DNA of 64,000 bases from Adineta vaga (Eukaryota > Animalia > Rotifera): NCBI GenBank assembly GCA_021613535.1, contig CP075497.1, positions 12,338,001 to 12,402,000 on the forward strand. The letters are read 5' to 3'. Of the stretch, positions 38,734 through 50,191 are shown piece by piece. Position numbers and translations under genes: made by a program. The notes beneath the pieces were generated by a model that ran no database searches, was not told where the DNA came from, and saw only the letters and a list, made by a program, of their open reading frames with translations. Position 1 is the first letter of the stretch, and each line of letters opens with the position of its first letter.

Positions 38734-39683
38734 CTTGTTGTTGATGATGATGATGATGATGATGATGTTGTCGTTAAATCATGTGGATGTTTCGATTTAT
38801 TTTGTGTAGAATTGGAATTTTCTAATGTTTTCGTTAATTGTCGTTTATATAATGGTTGATCTTTTTGATGTTCGATTTCAGCTTCAGTTTTTGGCGTAGA
38901 ATTTGGAATTATTGTTTGTTTAGGTGATGAAGATATGGGATTTACTTGTTCGCTTTGTTTCGTTAGACTAATTCGTCGAATTGAAGATGGTTCTGGTGAG
39001 ATACTTGTTCGTTTGATTGTTGAAATTTCAATAGGAATTGTTTGTTCGTTGGTCTTCGTGACACTTACTCGTCGAATTGAAGATGGTTCTGGTGAGATAC
39101 TTGTTCGTTTGATTGTCGAAATATCAATAGGAATTATTTGTTCGTTGGTCTTCGTGACACTTACTCGTCGAATTGACGACGGTTCCGGTGAAGTTGTCTT
39201 TTGACTTGTCCGTCGAATTGATGTTGGAGCAGGTGATATACTTCGATCTTTTATATTGGATACAGATGGAGATTTCGAAAGAGATTCTGTCGATGGAGAT
39301 TGTTTCACAGGTTGTAAATTCGTGGAATGATTAACATTCGAATTGAAAGAATTTCGTCGTTCATTAAATGTTGATGTGGACATTAATTCCGTACTTGATT
39401 GACTTTTTGTTGAATTTTCTAATGAAGTTTTTCTTAATTGTAATGTTGCTAAATAATGACTTGTTTTGGAATTTGTTTGACATCCATTTGATTGATTTTG
39501 TAAACGAAAATCACTCACAGTTTTATTCTTTGTTCCCAATGATGTTCCACTAGTATCACTAACTGTTCTTTCATTTGAAGAAGTACCTGATTGTTTTTTT
39601 CCATCTTTTGGTTTCAGTTGAATACCAAATTTATTTGCTACTTTATCTTTATTAAAAGAACCAAGACCTGGTGTAGCATTCAT
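38734..39683 (-). CDS. Ser/Thr/Lys-rich alternative N-terminal exon (distal) of the MLCK-like gene
   Basis: ~317-codon open frame ending in a phase-2 donor (ACAAG/GTAAA) compatible with the same acceptor; TTCTAG acceptor just before the ATG. Confidence 0.7.
38973..39192 (-). repeat. Coding tandem repeat, 96-bp (32-aa) unit, about 2.3 copies
   Basis: TCGTCGAATTGA recurs at 38973, 39069, 39165; unit SPEPSSIRRVSVTKTNEQxIPIxISTIKRTSI. Confidence 0.95.
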
Positions 39684-40901
39684 ATTTTTTTCTAGAAGAA
39701 AAAAAATCTTCTATTCTTTCTCAAACTATTCAGGATAAATTCATCAGTTGTTATTGCCGCTGTGTTTGTATGTGTCTTTTACAGAGAATATTCTCTTTCT
39801 CTCTCTCTCTCGTATTCTCTTAGCTAAGAATAGAGACAAAAAACAAGCATTCGTAAGAAAAAAAGGCAAGTTATTGAGAAAAAGTCGAGGAAAATATCTT
39901 CTTCTTTTCTTCCTTCGCTTCTCATGCGTATGTAAAAGAAGCGTAATGATATCGAACTATGTACAAAACAGCAAAATAAGAATAGAATAGAAGAAGACCT
40001 TGGTTCTTCATCTACTACCGGATGACGAAAGATATTATTATTGTGATTGTGATTCGACGACATCGATCATGGTGCTTTTACCAACACGTTCTTCTCGTTA
40101 GATATACTGAGAATTTTTCAATTCATAAAGAAACTTTTCTCTCTTTTTCGCTCTTTAGATGATATAATTCATTCCTTTCCAATGTCTTCTAGTTATGTCT
40201 AATAATTCATTTTTATGATCCTATTCATTTATCTTTTTCAAGAATATGACAACGACATTTCTATTGTCCAGACATAAGAAAACGTTTTTTCTTCCATTAA
40301 CGAAGATACTCAATTATATATTTGATGAACTATTTCTTTAGTTAATCTTTCATGACAAAAAAGAAAATTAGAAAGAATATTTAATTCATTCAATGATTAA
40401 CTTTAGAAAAGTCAATCAACAGTTGTTTATGTCATTTAGATTTGTCAAATATTTCTCAATATCCCAAAACAGACAACATTATTTCTCTATCCAATTCCCA
40501 ATCTTATTAGATTTTTTTATGTAAGGACAATTCAAGATCTATTTAATGCCAAGCATAGATATATTTCCTTGTTATACACGCACATATCCATCTGTATATA
40601 TGTATAGAGAGAAAAAGAAAAACTGCTCAAATCATCAACCACGGTCAATATTCAGCCGGGTGACGAAAACAACGTTTTAAAGAGAAATAATGACGTAGAA
40701 AGAGTAGGAAAGAGGAGAAAAGAAAACACAAACAAACAAAAGAGAAGAAGAAAACAACAAATATAAATAATAGATGAAATACACACATAGATATTAATAT
40801 TATCTTTCTTTCTTTTTTTTCCTCTCTCTCTCTATCACTCTCATTCTCGTCGAAAACAACAAAACGAAGACTAATGCAATGTAAATATCCGATGATGTTT
40901 A

Positions 40902-43356
40902 TCAAGCTGAATAAGTAGTACCACCCGTAGTTGTAACCGTTGTATTTGTAGATGTTGGAGTTGCATAAGTCAATATTGGAGAATCCATTGATGGAGTTGT
41001 GAAAATAAATGGATAAGAATAATTTCCTTGAGGATGACCAGGATAATATTGTTGAGTTTGACCAGATGTTGCAGTTAAGAATATCGGTTGTTGAGCAAAT
41101 GATGGATTACCTAGAGGATGAGTTGAAAGTAATGGATGAGGATAAATTGGTGTTGGATGATAACCAAATGTTGGATTGGATGGAAATGATATCTAATCAA
41201 AGGAAAAGATTTGAATATTTTGTTCGAATGGAATTATGAGTAAAATAATTTGTTTTAAATCAACATGCAAATCTATTTTAATATTCGCAAACAGAAAAAG
41301 CAATCATTTAGATGAAGAAGCGACAATGAAAGATTTTCTGAGAAAGATTGAATTTGAGAGATATTCTTACTCCTCATATTGAAGTGTCCTTCATTTTTAT
41401 CATTCGGGATAAAAACAAAATGAAATGAATGCCCCGGAGAAAATTACCTCTTCGGGCTGCTGTATAGTTTGTTGTTCTGGTAAAATCAACTGAGACTGAT
41501 TGGAATCGATCATCATTATCGATGGACCGGGAAGGCTAGTAGCAGTAGAGCCGTACAAAGCATTATAAGTCTCTTTGTAAAGATCTTCAAGACATTTCTC
41601 CTAAGATAAAAATCATAAAAAATTCATCGAGCCATGCTGAGCATTTCAATCAAATAAAATATTCATGCAATGCAAAGTTTCTTTTTTTCGAACTTTTCGA
41701 TTTAAAATGAGAGAAAAAAAAGACATACTTCAGTTCGTCGTGATGTTGGCCGAAGAATTGTATAATAAGCACCACGATGGTGAATTATATTGGATGATGG
41801 ATGATTTGGACGTGTTGTATTTGATAAAATACCTGGTGGAGTTGAAGGACTTGGACGAGTTAATAAAGGTGGACTTGAATTATCAGTTGTAGATAAACGA
41901 CCATTAAGATTTCTACGGAAAAAAAGAGAACGTTTAGTTGATATTATTCTATCTCAAATTGAATTATTACTTTTGTTGTAAACTATTGATAGAAGTTGGA
42001 ATGATTGTTGTTGTTGTTCCATTATTTGTAGATAAAGGTGTTGTTGGAATAGTTAAATATGGAATGGCAGTTAAATGTGGTGTAAAATCAAATGTCGGTG
42101 TTGTTGAAGTCATAGTACCATTTGGTAAAACAAACTAAATGACAAAATAAAACAAAACATATTTAAATTACGAAAAGAAATGAAATGTTACAGGTATTGT
42201 TGATGGACTAACAGCACGTGTAAATCTAAAATATTGATTTTTATCAACTGGTTTTGCTAATGTAACTTCAACAATTGATCCATCAATTTCACGATCTAAT
42301 CAAACAAAGAAATGAAATATAAATATCGAAAGAAATTTCATGTTTACTATTCATAAGATTCATTGCATGTAATGCATCATCTCGTTCTTTAAAATGAACA
42401 AATGCATAATCTTTCAATTTTTTAACACGTTCAATTGAATTTGGTTTAAAACGTTCAAATATATCTCGAATTTGTTCTTCTGTTGTATTCATCATTAAAT
42501 TTCTCACATAAAGTACTCGAACCTAAAACAAAATTGGAATAAAAAGAAAAATCTCTTCGAAAACTATTGTTTACTGTCGACATAATATCTTCATCGACTT
42601 CAGTTTCTGGTTCAGCCCAATCCACAGCAATCTGATGGCCCCATAATTGAATTTTTCCTGGTAATAATTTTCTTCTTGCCATTGCAGCGGATCGATGACT
42701 TTCATATTCCACAAAAGCAAAACCACGATTTTTTGTTTTATCATGTGCACTTGGATAAACAATAACATCAACGACACCTTCTGTTATTTTACACATTTCA
42801 TCGAGGATTTCTTCTCGTTTCTTTGTTTTAGGAATACCACCAACGAATAATCGACAATTATCAACTGATTGACAAACACCGATTAAACGATTCGAACGAA
42901 TTTCATAATTATTTAAATCTTTTACTGAACGTTTAGCATCATCACGATTTGTATATGTTATAAATGCATAACCACGATTAAAACCCGAAAAATCCATCAT
43001 TAAACGCATTTCATAGATTTGACCACAACGTTCAAATAATGGAAATAATTCCGATTCAAAGCAATCGCGAGGTAATTTACCAACAAAGACTTCACAACCA
43101 CGACCAGGTGGATGACGTGTTGTTGGCCAATCTAAAAAAAAAGGAAAAAGAAAGCTTTCTATCTATCGAATTGAATTTGAAGAATTGATTTACCTGGTGG
43201 TGGACCCGTTTTTCTTTGTCCATTTTCTTGTCGCATAGGATAACCATTATCTGGATTAATACTTGTGATCACTTCATTTGGATGTGTACCAATGATAGTT
43301 GATGGTGAAGGTAATGATTCGTCATTGGAATGAATTATTGAATCTTGAATATCCAT
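40902..43356 (-). CDS. Three-RRM RNA-binding protein of the RBM47/RBM46/A1CF (hnRNP R/Q-related) family, multi-exon
   Basis: [94 protein letters not shown]. Confidence 0.92.
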
Positions 43357-44639
43357 TGATTACAAACTAAAAATATTTCACAAGGATAAAAGCCATCTGT
43401 TCTTTTCTTTCAATCGAAGGATTATAAATCAGAGAGAGAGAGAGAAAAAGGTGTTCTCATCGTCTCTATCTCTCTCTTTTTCTCATATTTATTTCGTATG
43501 CCGACATCAACAAGAGATACAGATAAGAACATAACTCTTTTCGATAAAATATCTCTGATGACAAGAAGCAAACAAAGAAAGAGAAACTATAATGACGAAT
43601 ATTCTCAATATGAATTCTCGATGTGTTATTTTTTTTTGTTCTATTCGATTAATCTCGATAAGATAAATCGACGATGAAATGAAAGATTTAATTGAAATGA
43701 ATATGAGACGCATGCGTTTGATGCCATAAACACCTGTTTCTTTCTCATCAAATCTAATAAATATTTCTTACTTGATATGAATGAAAAAAATTAATTTTGA
43801 AATTACAATAAAAAACGATAAATTAACAAATAATTTTCATTTCACATCCGCCGTTAGTCTACTAACGGTCGGTATGTGTGTGTATTTGTGGTGTTGGTCT
43901 AATCTTCTCTTGACGATGAATGTGTGTGCGCAAATAAGAGAACTTTTATCTTTCTTTTTTTTCTTCTCTCTTCTCTCCCAAGCACGTGTAGTCAATCTCT
44001 GATTTTCTCTATTTAACACCAAGTCAACATGAACAAAGTCACTTCTGTCTGTTGACTTTTTTCTTAAACTTATCTACGAGTTCGATTTTGACTTGTCTCA
44101 CGTGTTTTCTTAATGATAAATGAGGAAATGATTTAATTGAATTTCTTCGAATTAACTTTTCCCAAAAGATTTCTTTGAATAAATGAAATTAGTGATTTTA
44201 CTTCGTTGAATGTTTCTATTCAAATAAAAGAATATTGATTTCCTTTTGACCTTCGAAAATGAGATTAAATACACGTAGTTTGTTTATTTTCACACTTACT
44301 AGTTCGATCGATGAATACAATAACACGTTGTCGAGAGAAATCAACAAGAATACATAGACAAATGTTGGACTAGTCATTCTTACTTTTGCTTTCTTTACAA
44401 ATTCGAATATCCACAACACATGTGAATATTCTTCTCTCTCTCTCCCCCTTTTCTCTTTACCATTTTATATAAAGATTAATCTTCTAATCACTTTTTACCT
44501 TCAATGAAGAATAGATGATATTTAAAGGGAGTTTTAATCAATGTTATTTGTTAGTTTTATTGAATGAAATGATTTAGAAGAAAAAAAATGATAAAAAGAT
44601 AAGAAAACCAAAAAGAAAAAATTCGTTGTTTGTTTTCCT

Positions 44640-45080
44640 TTTGAACAATTGATTAAGATTTTTGATCATAATTCATGATGTTATAAGCCATAGCGACATG
44701 AGAATGACAATTATTACAAAATAAAAGATTTTTATCCATCATTTTTTATATTCATTTAATGCTTGCTCAACAGTCTTACTTCAAATTATTTGTACATTTA
44801 TTGAATTTGATGGAAATGAAATTCGATTTAAATTTTAATTGTAATTATCATCTTAGACGATCAAATACTGTTTTATCTTCCTAAAAGAATATATTTTTTT
44901 CTTTACCGAAACATAATAAGGTTCAGCAAAATCCCAAATAATACCATCAGTACGTGCAATACTCATATAACCAATAAAAGGAAAAAAACATGTTAAAAGT
45001 GGAATTAGTGTTCAAACAATACGATGAGTACAAAGAATACGATCACAATAAATTGAACTCTTCATTTCAATATTATCTTC
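44640..45080 (-). pseudogene. TMEM222: TMEM222 (DUF778/RTE1-like) pseudogene
   Basis: Minus-strand translation RIV*TLIPLLTCFFPFIGYMSIARTDGIIWDFAEPYYVS/ED and NLLFCNNCHSHVAMAYNIMNY; several stops; one intron retained. Confidence 0.85.
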
Positions 45081-45897
45081 ACTCGTGTGGTTCGTTTTGC
45101 ATCAATTAAGCTGAACAGTCCAGTCCATTCAGAAAATAATCAACCATATTAACATTCACAGATGTCGCTTTATTCACAAATTGTTCCATCATTTCGAACT
45201 TTTTTTTCGTTTTATTTGCAATCGCTGAGGAATAAATACCAGTGTACTGAATTGATCTGATTGACCAAAGTCGATACATTCTTGTAAGATAAATAAAATT
45301 TGTTTCTTTAATAGTTGTTATATTTTCTTTACTTTTGCTTGTATGATACTTTCTTATCATGTCAAACGGTTTTAAACTATATATTTAAAAGAGCACAAAA
45401 ATAGAAACAACAAAGAGATGACTACGTAAACTGCTAGATCATTTACTTGATATGTTAACATGTAGTTTGCAGTACGAAAAAGACAAAAATTAATACAAAT
45501 CTTATGAATACGCACATGTTTATACATATTCTCACGGTACTAATCACTGATCTTTGCGAATAAAACATCTTGACAAACAGAAGATTCGTCGAAAATGATC
45601 GATTACTTTCACTATTGGATTCTTTTTCGTAGAATTTGTCGATTTCTTTTGTGTCTCATGACAACTTCGTCATGATTTGTTTTTCATAATGTTTCTACTC
45701 TTATCATAAATATTATTGTTTGCTTTACTGACGCTTGTAATGTACGTCGTTTGCGTTACCAATGACATCAATTCGGAAGAACAAAAAGTTGGATTCAAAG
45801 AAAGAAATTTTTAAGTAAGCGAAATTCTATAATCAGACTGATTGGAAAGTAGATTTTTGTATTAGAAGAAGAAAAATACAAATTATAAAAACATAAT

Positions 45898-47634
45898 ATG
45901 GGAAGTTGTGGTAGGAATGTCGACTTTCAATATTTTCCGTATATTTATACTTTGGAATTTTTAGCTTCTGTTCAAGCTCACGAAACTCAAGATAGCACTA
46001 ATAAAAGACCAATCAAACCGCACTCGCATTCTCCTTCTCCTTCTTCGTCTTCTTCAAAACCAAGTAAGTTATTATTTAGTAGGAAGTATTTTGATCTACT
46101 TTGTCGCTACAAATTTGTAATTTAACGAATAGTCTCTGGAAAAGAGTTACATCAAAATTATTTGTATGTTTAGTTGAACATTGGTTAAACCCTCGATACC
46201 ATAGAAAAGATCCAACAAAAATAAAAAAACCTGATGAATTAATATCTATGATGTCATATCCTCCAAAATCTGTTGACCCCGAACGTTTGGATCGTATTCT
46301 CGGTTCTCTAATTGGTCTAGCTGTAGGTGATGCACTTGGAGCTCATGTAGAATTTCGTCCACGCCAATATTTAGTTGAACATCCTGTGAGTGACTTTCAG
46401 GAAGGTGGAACATGGGGACTCAGTAAAGGACAGGTATGTAGACATAAATATAACAGTTAGTAAACTTAATATAAAAGAGAAATTAGTATGATGATGATCT
46501 ACATAAATACAGTTTGAATTGTTCATTGATGATACGAGATGTTATTTGTACCTTCTCTGTTTTTTTTCTGCGATTACAGATAGTAAATAATTCTTTATTA
46601 TTCATGATATTTAGTTCACTGACGATACTTCTATGGCACTTTGTCTGGCAATTTCATTGATTATTTGTCATGGTTTTAGTCCATATGATCAACTAGTTCG
46701 ATATAAATGGTGGTATAGACATGGATATATGTCATCAACAGGTCAATGTTTTGATATTGGAGCTGGTACGCGTCAATCAATAAATGAGTTTGAAACACGT
46801 CAAAAAAAGTTTGCTAAACAATTACAGTTATCTGTCGAACAGATGGATTATTCAAGTGATAGAGAGTTATTAGAGGGATTTGATGTCAATTGTAGCAACA
46901 GTGAAGCAGCTGGCAATGGAGGTTTAATGCGTCTTGCTCCTGTACCTCTTTTTTTCCATGAAAATCCACGTAAAGCTGTGGAATATTCGGGTATCAGTGG
47001 TCATATAACTCATGGAGATCAAAGAGCTTATGATGCATGTCGTTATTATGGAGCACTCATTGTTGCAGCTCTTCATGGCGCATCAAAAGACGAGTTATTA
47101 GACGAAAAATTTTATCTTAAACATAGAGATTGGTTTGGTAAAAAACCATTGCATGAAGACGTTCAGAAAGTTGCTGAAGGATCATTTAAAAAGAAAAACG
47201 GTTATGATGATGGAATTCGTGGAAAAGGTTTTGTAGTTAACAGTCTTGAAGCTGCTTTATGGGCATTTTATATCGATGAAGATTCATTTCAGAAGGGTGC
47301 TTTAGCTGCAGTTAATCTTGGTGATGATACAGATACAACAGCTGCTATTTATGGTCAATTAGCTGGCGCTTATTATGGTTATCAAAGATTACCATCGAAA
47401 TGGGTGAGACAGGTTTATGCTCAAGATTTAATAAAATGTTTAAGTGAATGGATTGTTTATGAAGGACAGCATTGGGCACGTCAATATCGATCTTCGAAAC
47501 ATGGATCTGATTGTATTACTAAAATTTCTTCGTCGGAAAAAGAAGTCCATGCAAACGAATCATCAAAACATGCATCATCATCAAATGGAAAAAAACATTC
47601 TTCAAACTTTTCAGAATCTTATTATGACAATTAA
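45898..47634 (+). CDS. ADP-ribosylglycohydrolase (DraG/ARH family); exons 45898-45910, 45965-46063, 46174-46433, 46615-47634
   Basis: GLAVGDALGA, FTDDT, GNGGLMRLAP, HITH, VNLGDDTDTTAAIYGQLAGA; spliced N-terminus MGSCAS. Confidence 0.93.
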
Positions 47635-47842
47635 GATGACTTACATGCATAAACAAAATTGTTCTACACATTTGATGAATAAAGAATTTAAACAATTGAA
47701 CTTTTCATTAGAAACCAAAGAGATTTTTCTTTTTTAAATAAAGCATTTTCAATTGGTTAAACATTCTACAAATCTAACAACAGAGACTGGGTGTTTACAG
47801 CTGTTGATGAGATGCTTTGTTAACAGTTTCATAAATGTATAA

Positions 47843-47993
47843 CTGAAAACTTGGATTCAATTATTCAACTATTGTTTCAAGTATTCGAGTATTCGAGTAT
47901 TTAACTATTAGAGTATTGAGGGTGCAGGGGAGGGTGCTAAAGGGAATAGTTCAATACTCGAATAGTTGAATTCAACTTTCGAGTTTGACACTA
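47843..47993. mobile_element. Decayed foldback/MITE with TATTCGAG and AACTATT subterminal repeats
   Basis: TTCGAGTATTTAACTATT vs AATAGTTCAATACTCGAA (17/18 inverted); right end GAGTTTGACACTA; left end eroded. Confidence 0.6.
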
Positions 47994-48520
47994 CTGGAAT
48001 CCGACAGGATCACTTTGGGAAATGATAGGAATTCGGTCAGCACCGACACTCGGAATCCTGCAGCAATGATTCAGGCACAACTCGACAGAACCCGGTTGAA
48101 ATTATCCGCATCCGACAGATCAAGATTCATCTGGAAAGGAAAAGATTTTCTCTCAAAGTATATGTTTCACGAGCCAAGAACTTATCTTCAAATGATTTTA
48201 TTGATGAATTAGACGATGACTACGATCATAACGAAAAATCAGATGATTTCGATACCAAAGCAATCACTGATTTATATGATGCTAATGAAGAGAAAAAACT
48301 GTCATATTTTGAAAAAATGATGCACAAAAATCTATAATTAATTTTCAATAAAGTATGTTAATTTTTATTACTATTTCTTGTTTATATTTAATCGTTTAGC
48401 TCGATAATATGAATACTCGATTAACATCATTAGAACAAAAAATTATCTTATCTTTATGAACGTCAATCGATGCCAACCATTATTAATATATTAACTAAAA
48501 ATTATTTGATAGACATTTTT

Positions 48521-48621
48521 CCAAGGGGGAAAAATCTCATTCCGGGGCATTCCGAATGCCACAGAATGTGTGGGAATGCACCAGACTACTGGAATGCCGG
48601 AATGAGATTTTTCCCCCTTGG
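48521..48621. mobile_element. 101-bp MITE-like element with perfect 25-bp terminal inverted repeats
   Basis: CCAAGGGGGAAAAATCTCATTCCGG / CCGGAATGAGATTTTTCCCCCTTGG; internal GGCATTCC/GGAATGCC; no clear TSD. Confidence 0.85.
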
Positions 48622-49163
48622 CTGAAGGTATTATTTGGTTTAATAAAGGTAAAAAGGCTACTTTTCGTGTTAACATGAGTATTCTATACATATATATGAT
48701 GTGGAAATAAATATGAAATTTGATAATAATCTAATACCATCATCAGTATTTCCAAATCATGATCATACATGTTTTCTATATGTGTCACAAGAATTATTGA
48801 ATGCAGAAACTTGGCAAAGACAATTTATATCTATTACATAAAAAGAACCAAATTTTCGTATTATTTTTTATTACGATCACTTTATTTTTCAATTCCAAAT
48901 TTTCTTTATATATATCTGGTTTAACATTCTATTTCATCCCTAATAGTGCACAATGTCGTATTGGAACATATAAGTTTTGTCAGATTACGAATAATACTTC
49001 TATAATTAATGTTATTAATAATAGTTATTCAATATGTACAAAAATAGAATTTTGTCTAAGTGAATTTATCATACCTTTTTTTCTTTTATCAATTCGATAA
49101 TATTCAACAAAATCGAAATTATTCAAAACCTCCTGAAATTGATTAAATATTGGCAATTAGAAC

Positions 49164-49272
49164 CATCGATGTCCACCGCGGCTGAGAATGAGCCGCTGTC
49201 GAGGCGCGCCCGTTTTCAAAAAAAGCTACCGCGACACGTTGTTAGAAAAACCTGCTGCTGTGGACATCTCTG
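49164..49272. mobile_element. 109-bp hAT-type MITE
   Basis: TIRs CATCGATGTCCACCGCGGC / GCTGCTGTGGACATCTCTG (15/19); 8-bp TSD ATTAGAAC / ATCAGAAC. Confidence 0.8.
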
Positions 49273-49477
49273 ATCAGAACAGTAAAAGTTTCATATATTA
49301 TATATTTTTTGTGCCATCTAAATCATCTTATTGAACAAGGACAATTTTGGTTGGATGGTCTCATTTCTATTTCCATAATCATTGTAATCTTAAGGAAAGA
49401 AAATGAAGTGCGAGTATTTAAATAAAGAATTTCAATGGAATAAGTAAAGTTCTTGTTTATTTTGAAAGATTCCTAAT

Positions 49478-50191
49478 TCACTCAGTTTTTTCATTATCAA
49501 ATTCTTTACCACCTTTAAATAAAATCCACAAACCAAATCCTAATTCACCAATAATCATTGGTAAACTTATATACATTTCAATAGTTGATTTATATTTTTC
49601 ATAGTTTGGCAATAATAAATTAGCAATATTGCTGATAATGTAACAGAAAGAAGCAATGATCAATAAAATACCAAGTATTTTGGGAATGTGATCAGATTTG
49701 AAAACTAAATGACCAAGAAGATAAAGATGACATCCAAAAATAACTAATCCAATAGACCAAATATTAAAAAATCCAGTTAAAAAGAACATTACCAAAGCAT
49801 TTAATTGGTTTTTTTCAAAAATCGATCCATAGTTTTCACCATTGAGTAGTAACGCAACAAAAACGAAGTTTAATAAGGCGATTCCTAGAACTGCCGAGTA
49901 GATGAGTCGAAACCAAGCACATAGTAAAGAAAGATGTTCGTTTACTGGTTTAAGAAAAATATGAAGTGCCCAAGCCGCTAACACATCAGAGATAAGTATA
50001 ACAAGAAAGCTAAAAATACTAAGACGAAATAACATCATAGACGATTTGATATTGTTAGCTGTTAACGTTATATTGTCAGGTACTATAAGACCATTCAGAA
50101 CAAAACCATATGCAAATCCTGCAAGAATGGCCATGATCAAAATCGAATATCCTGCTACTAGTGCAGCGTGACGTGATGAAATCTTAGGCAT
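49478..50191 (-). CDS. DUF4386-like multi-pass membrane protein, intronless, bacterial-type (HGT candidate)
   Basis: 237 aa, about 6-7 TM; TANNI, LFRLSI..DVLAAWALH..LKPVN..LSLL.AWFRL, GLVIFG.HL..LG.L.FKS..IPKILG, GELGFGLWILFKG. Confidence 0.8.
   Translation of the reverse strand: MPKISSRHAALVAGYSILIMAILAGFAYGFVLNGLIVPDNITLTANNIKSSMMLFRLSIFSFLVILISDVLAAWALHIFLKPVNEHLSLLCAWFRLIYSAVLGIALLNFVFVALLLNGENYGSIFEKNQLNALVMFFLTGFFNIWSIGLVIFGCHLYLLGHLVFKSDHIPKILGILLIIASFCYIISNIANLLLPNYEKYKSTIEMYISLPMIIGELGFGLWILFKGGKEFDNEKTE

Noticed and set aside
37649-39553. Plus-strand ORFs overlapping the kinase exons
   Set aside because: Antisense shadows of low-complexity and repeated coding sequence
44996-45030. 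In-frame TGA at Trp positions (TMEM222 and ART relics) as recoding or selenocysteine
   Set aside because: Same relics also contain TAA stops and frameshifts; intact genes here use TGG for Trp and TGA as stop
48700-49140. Possible decayed transposase on the minus strand
   Set aside because: Fragmented frames with no identifiable DDE or zinc-finger motif
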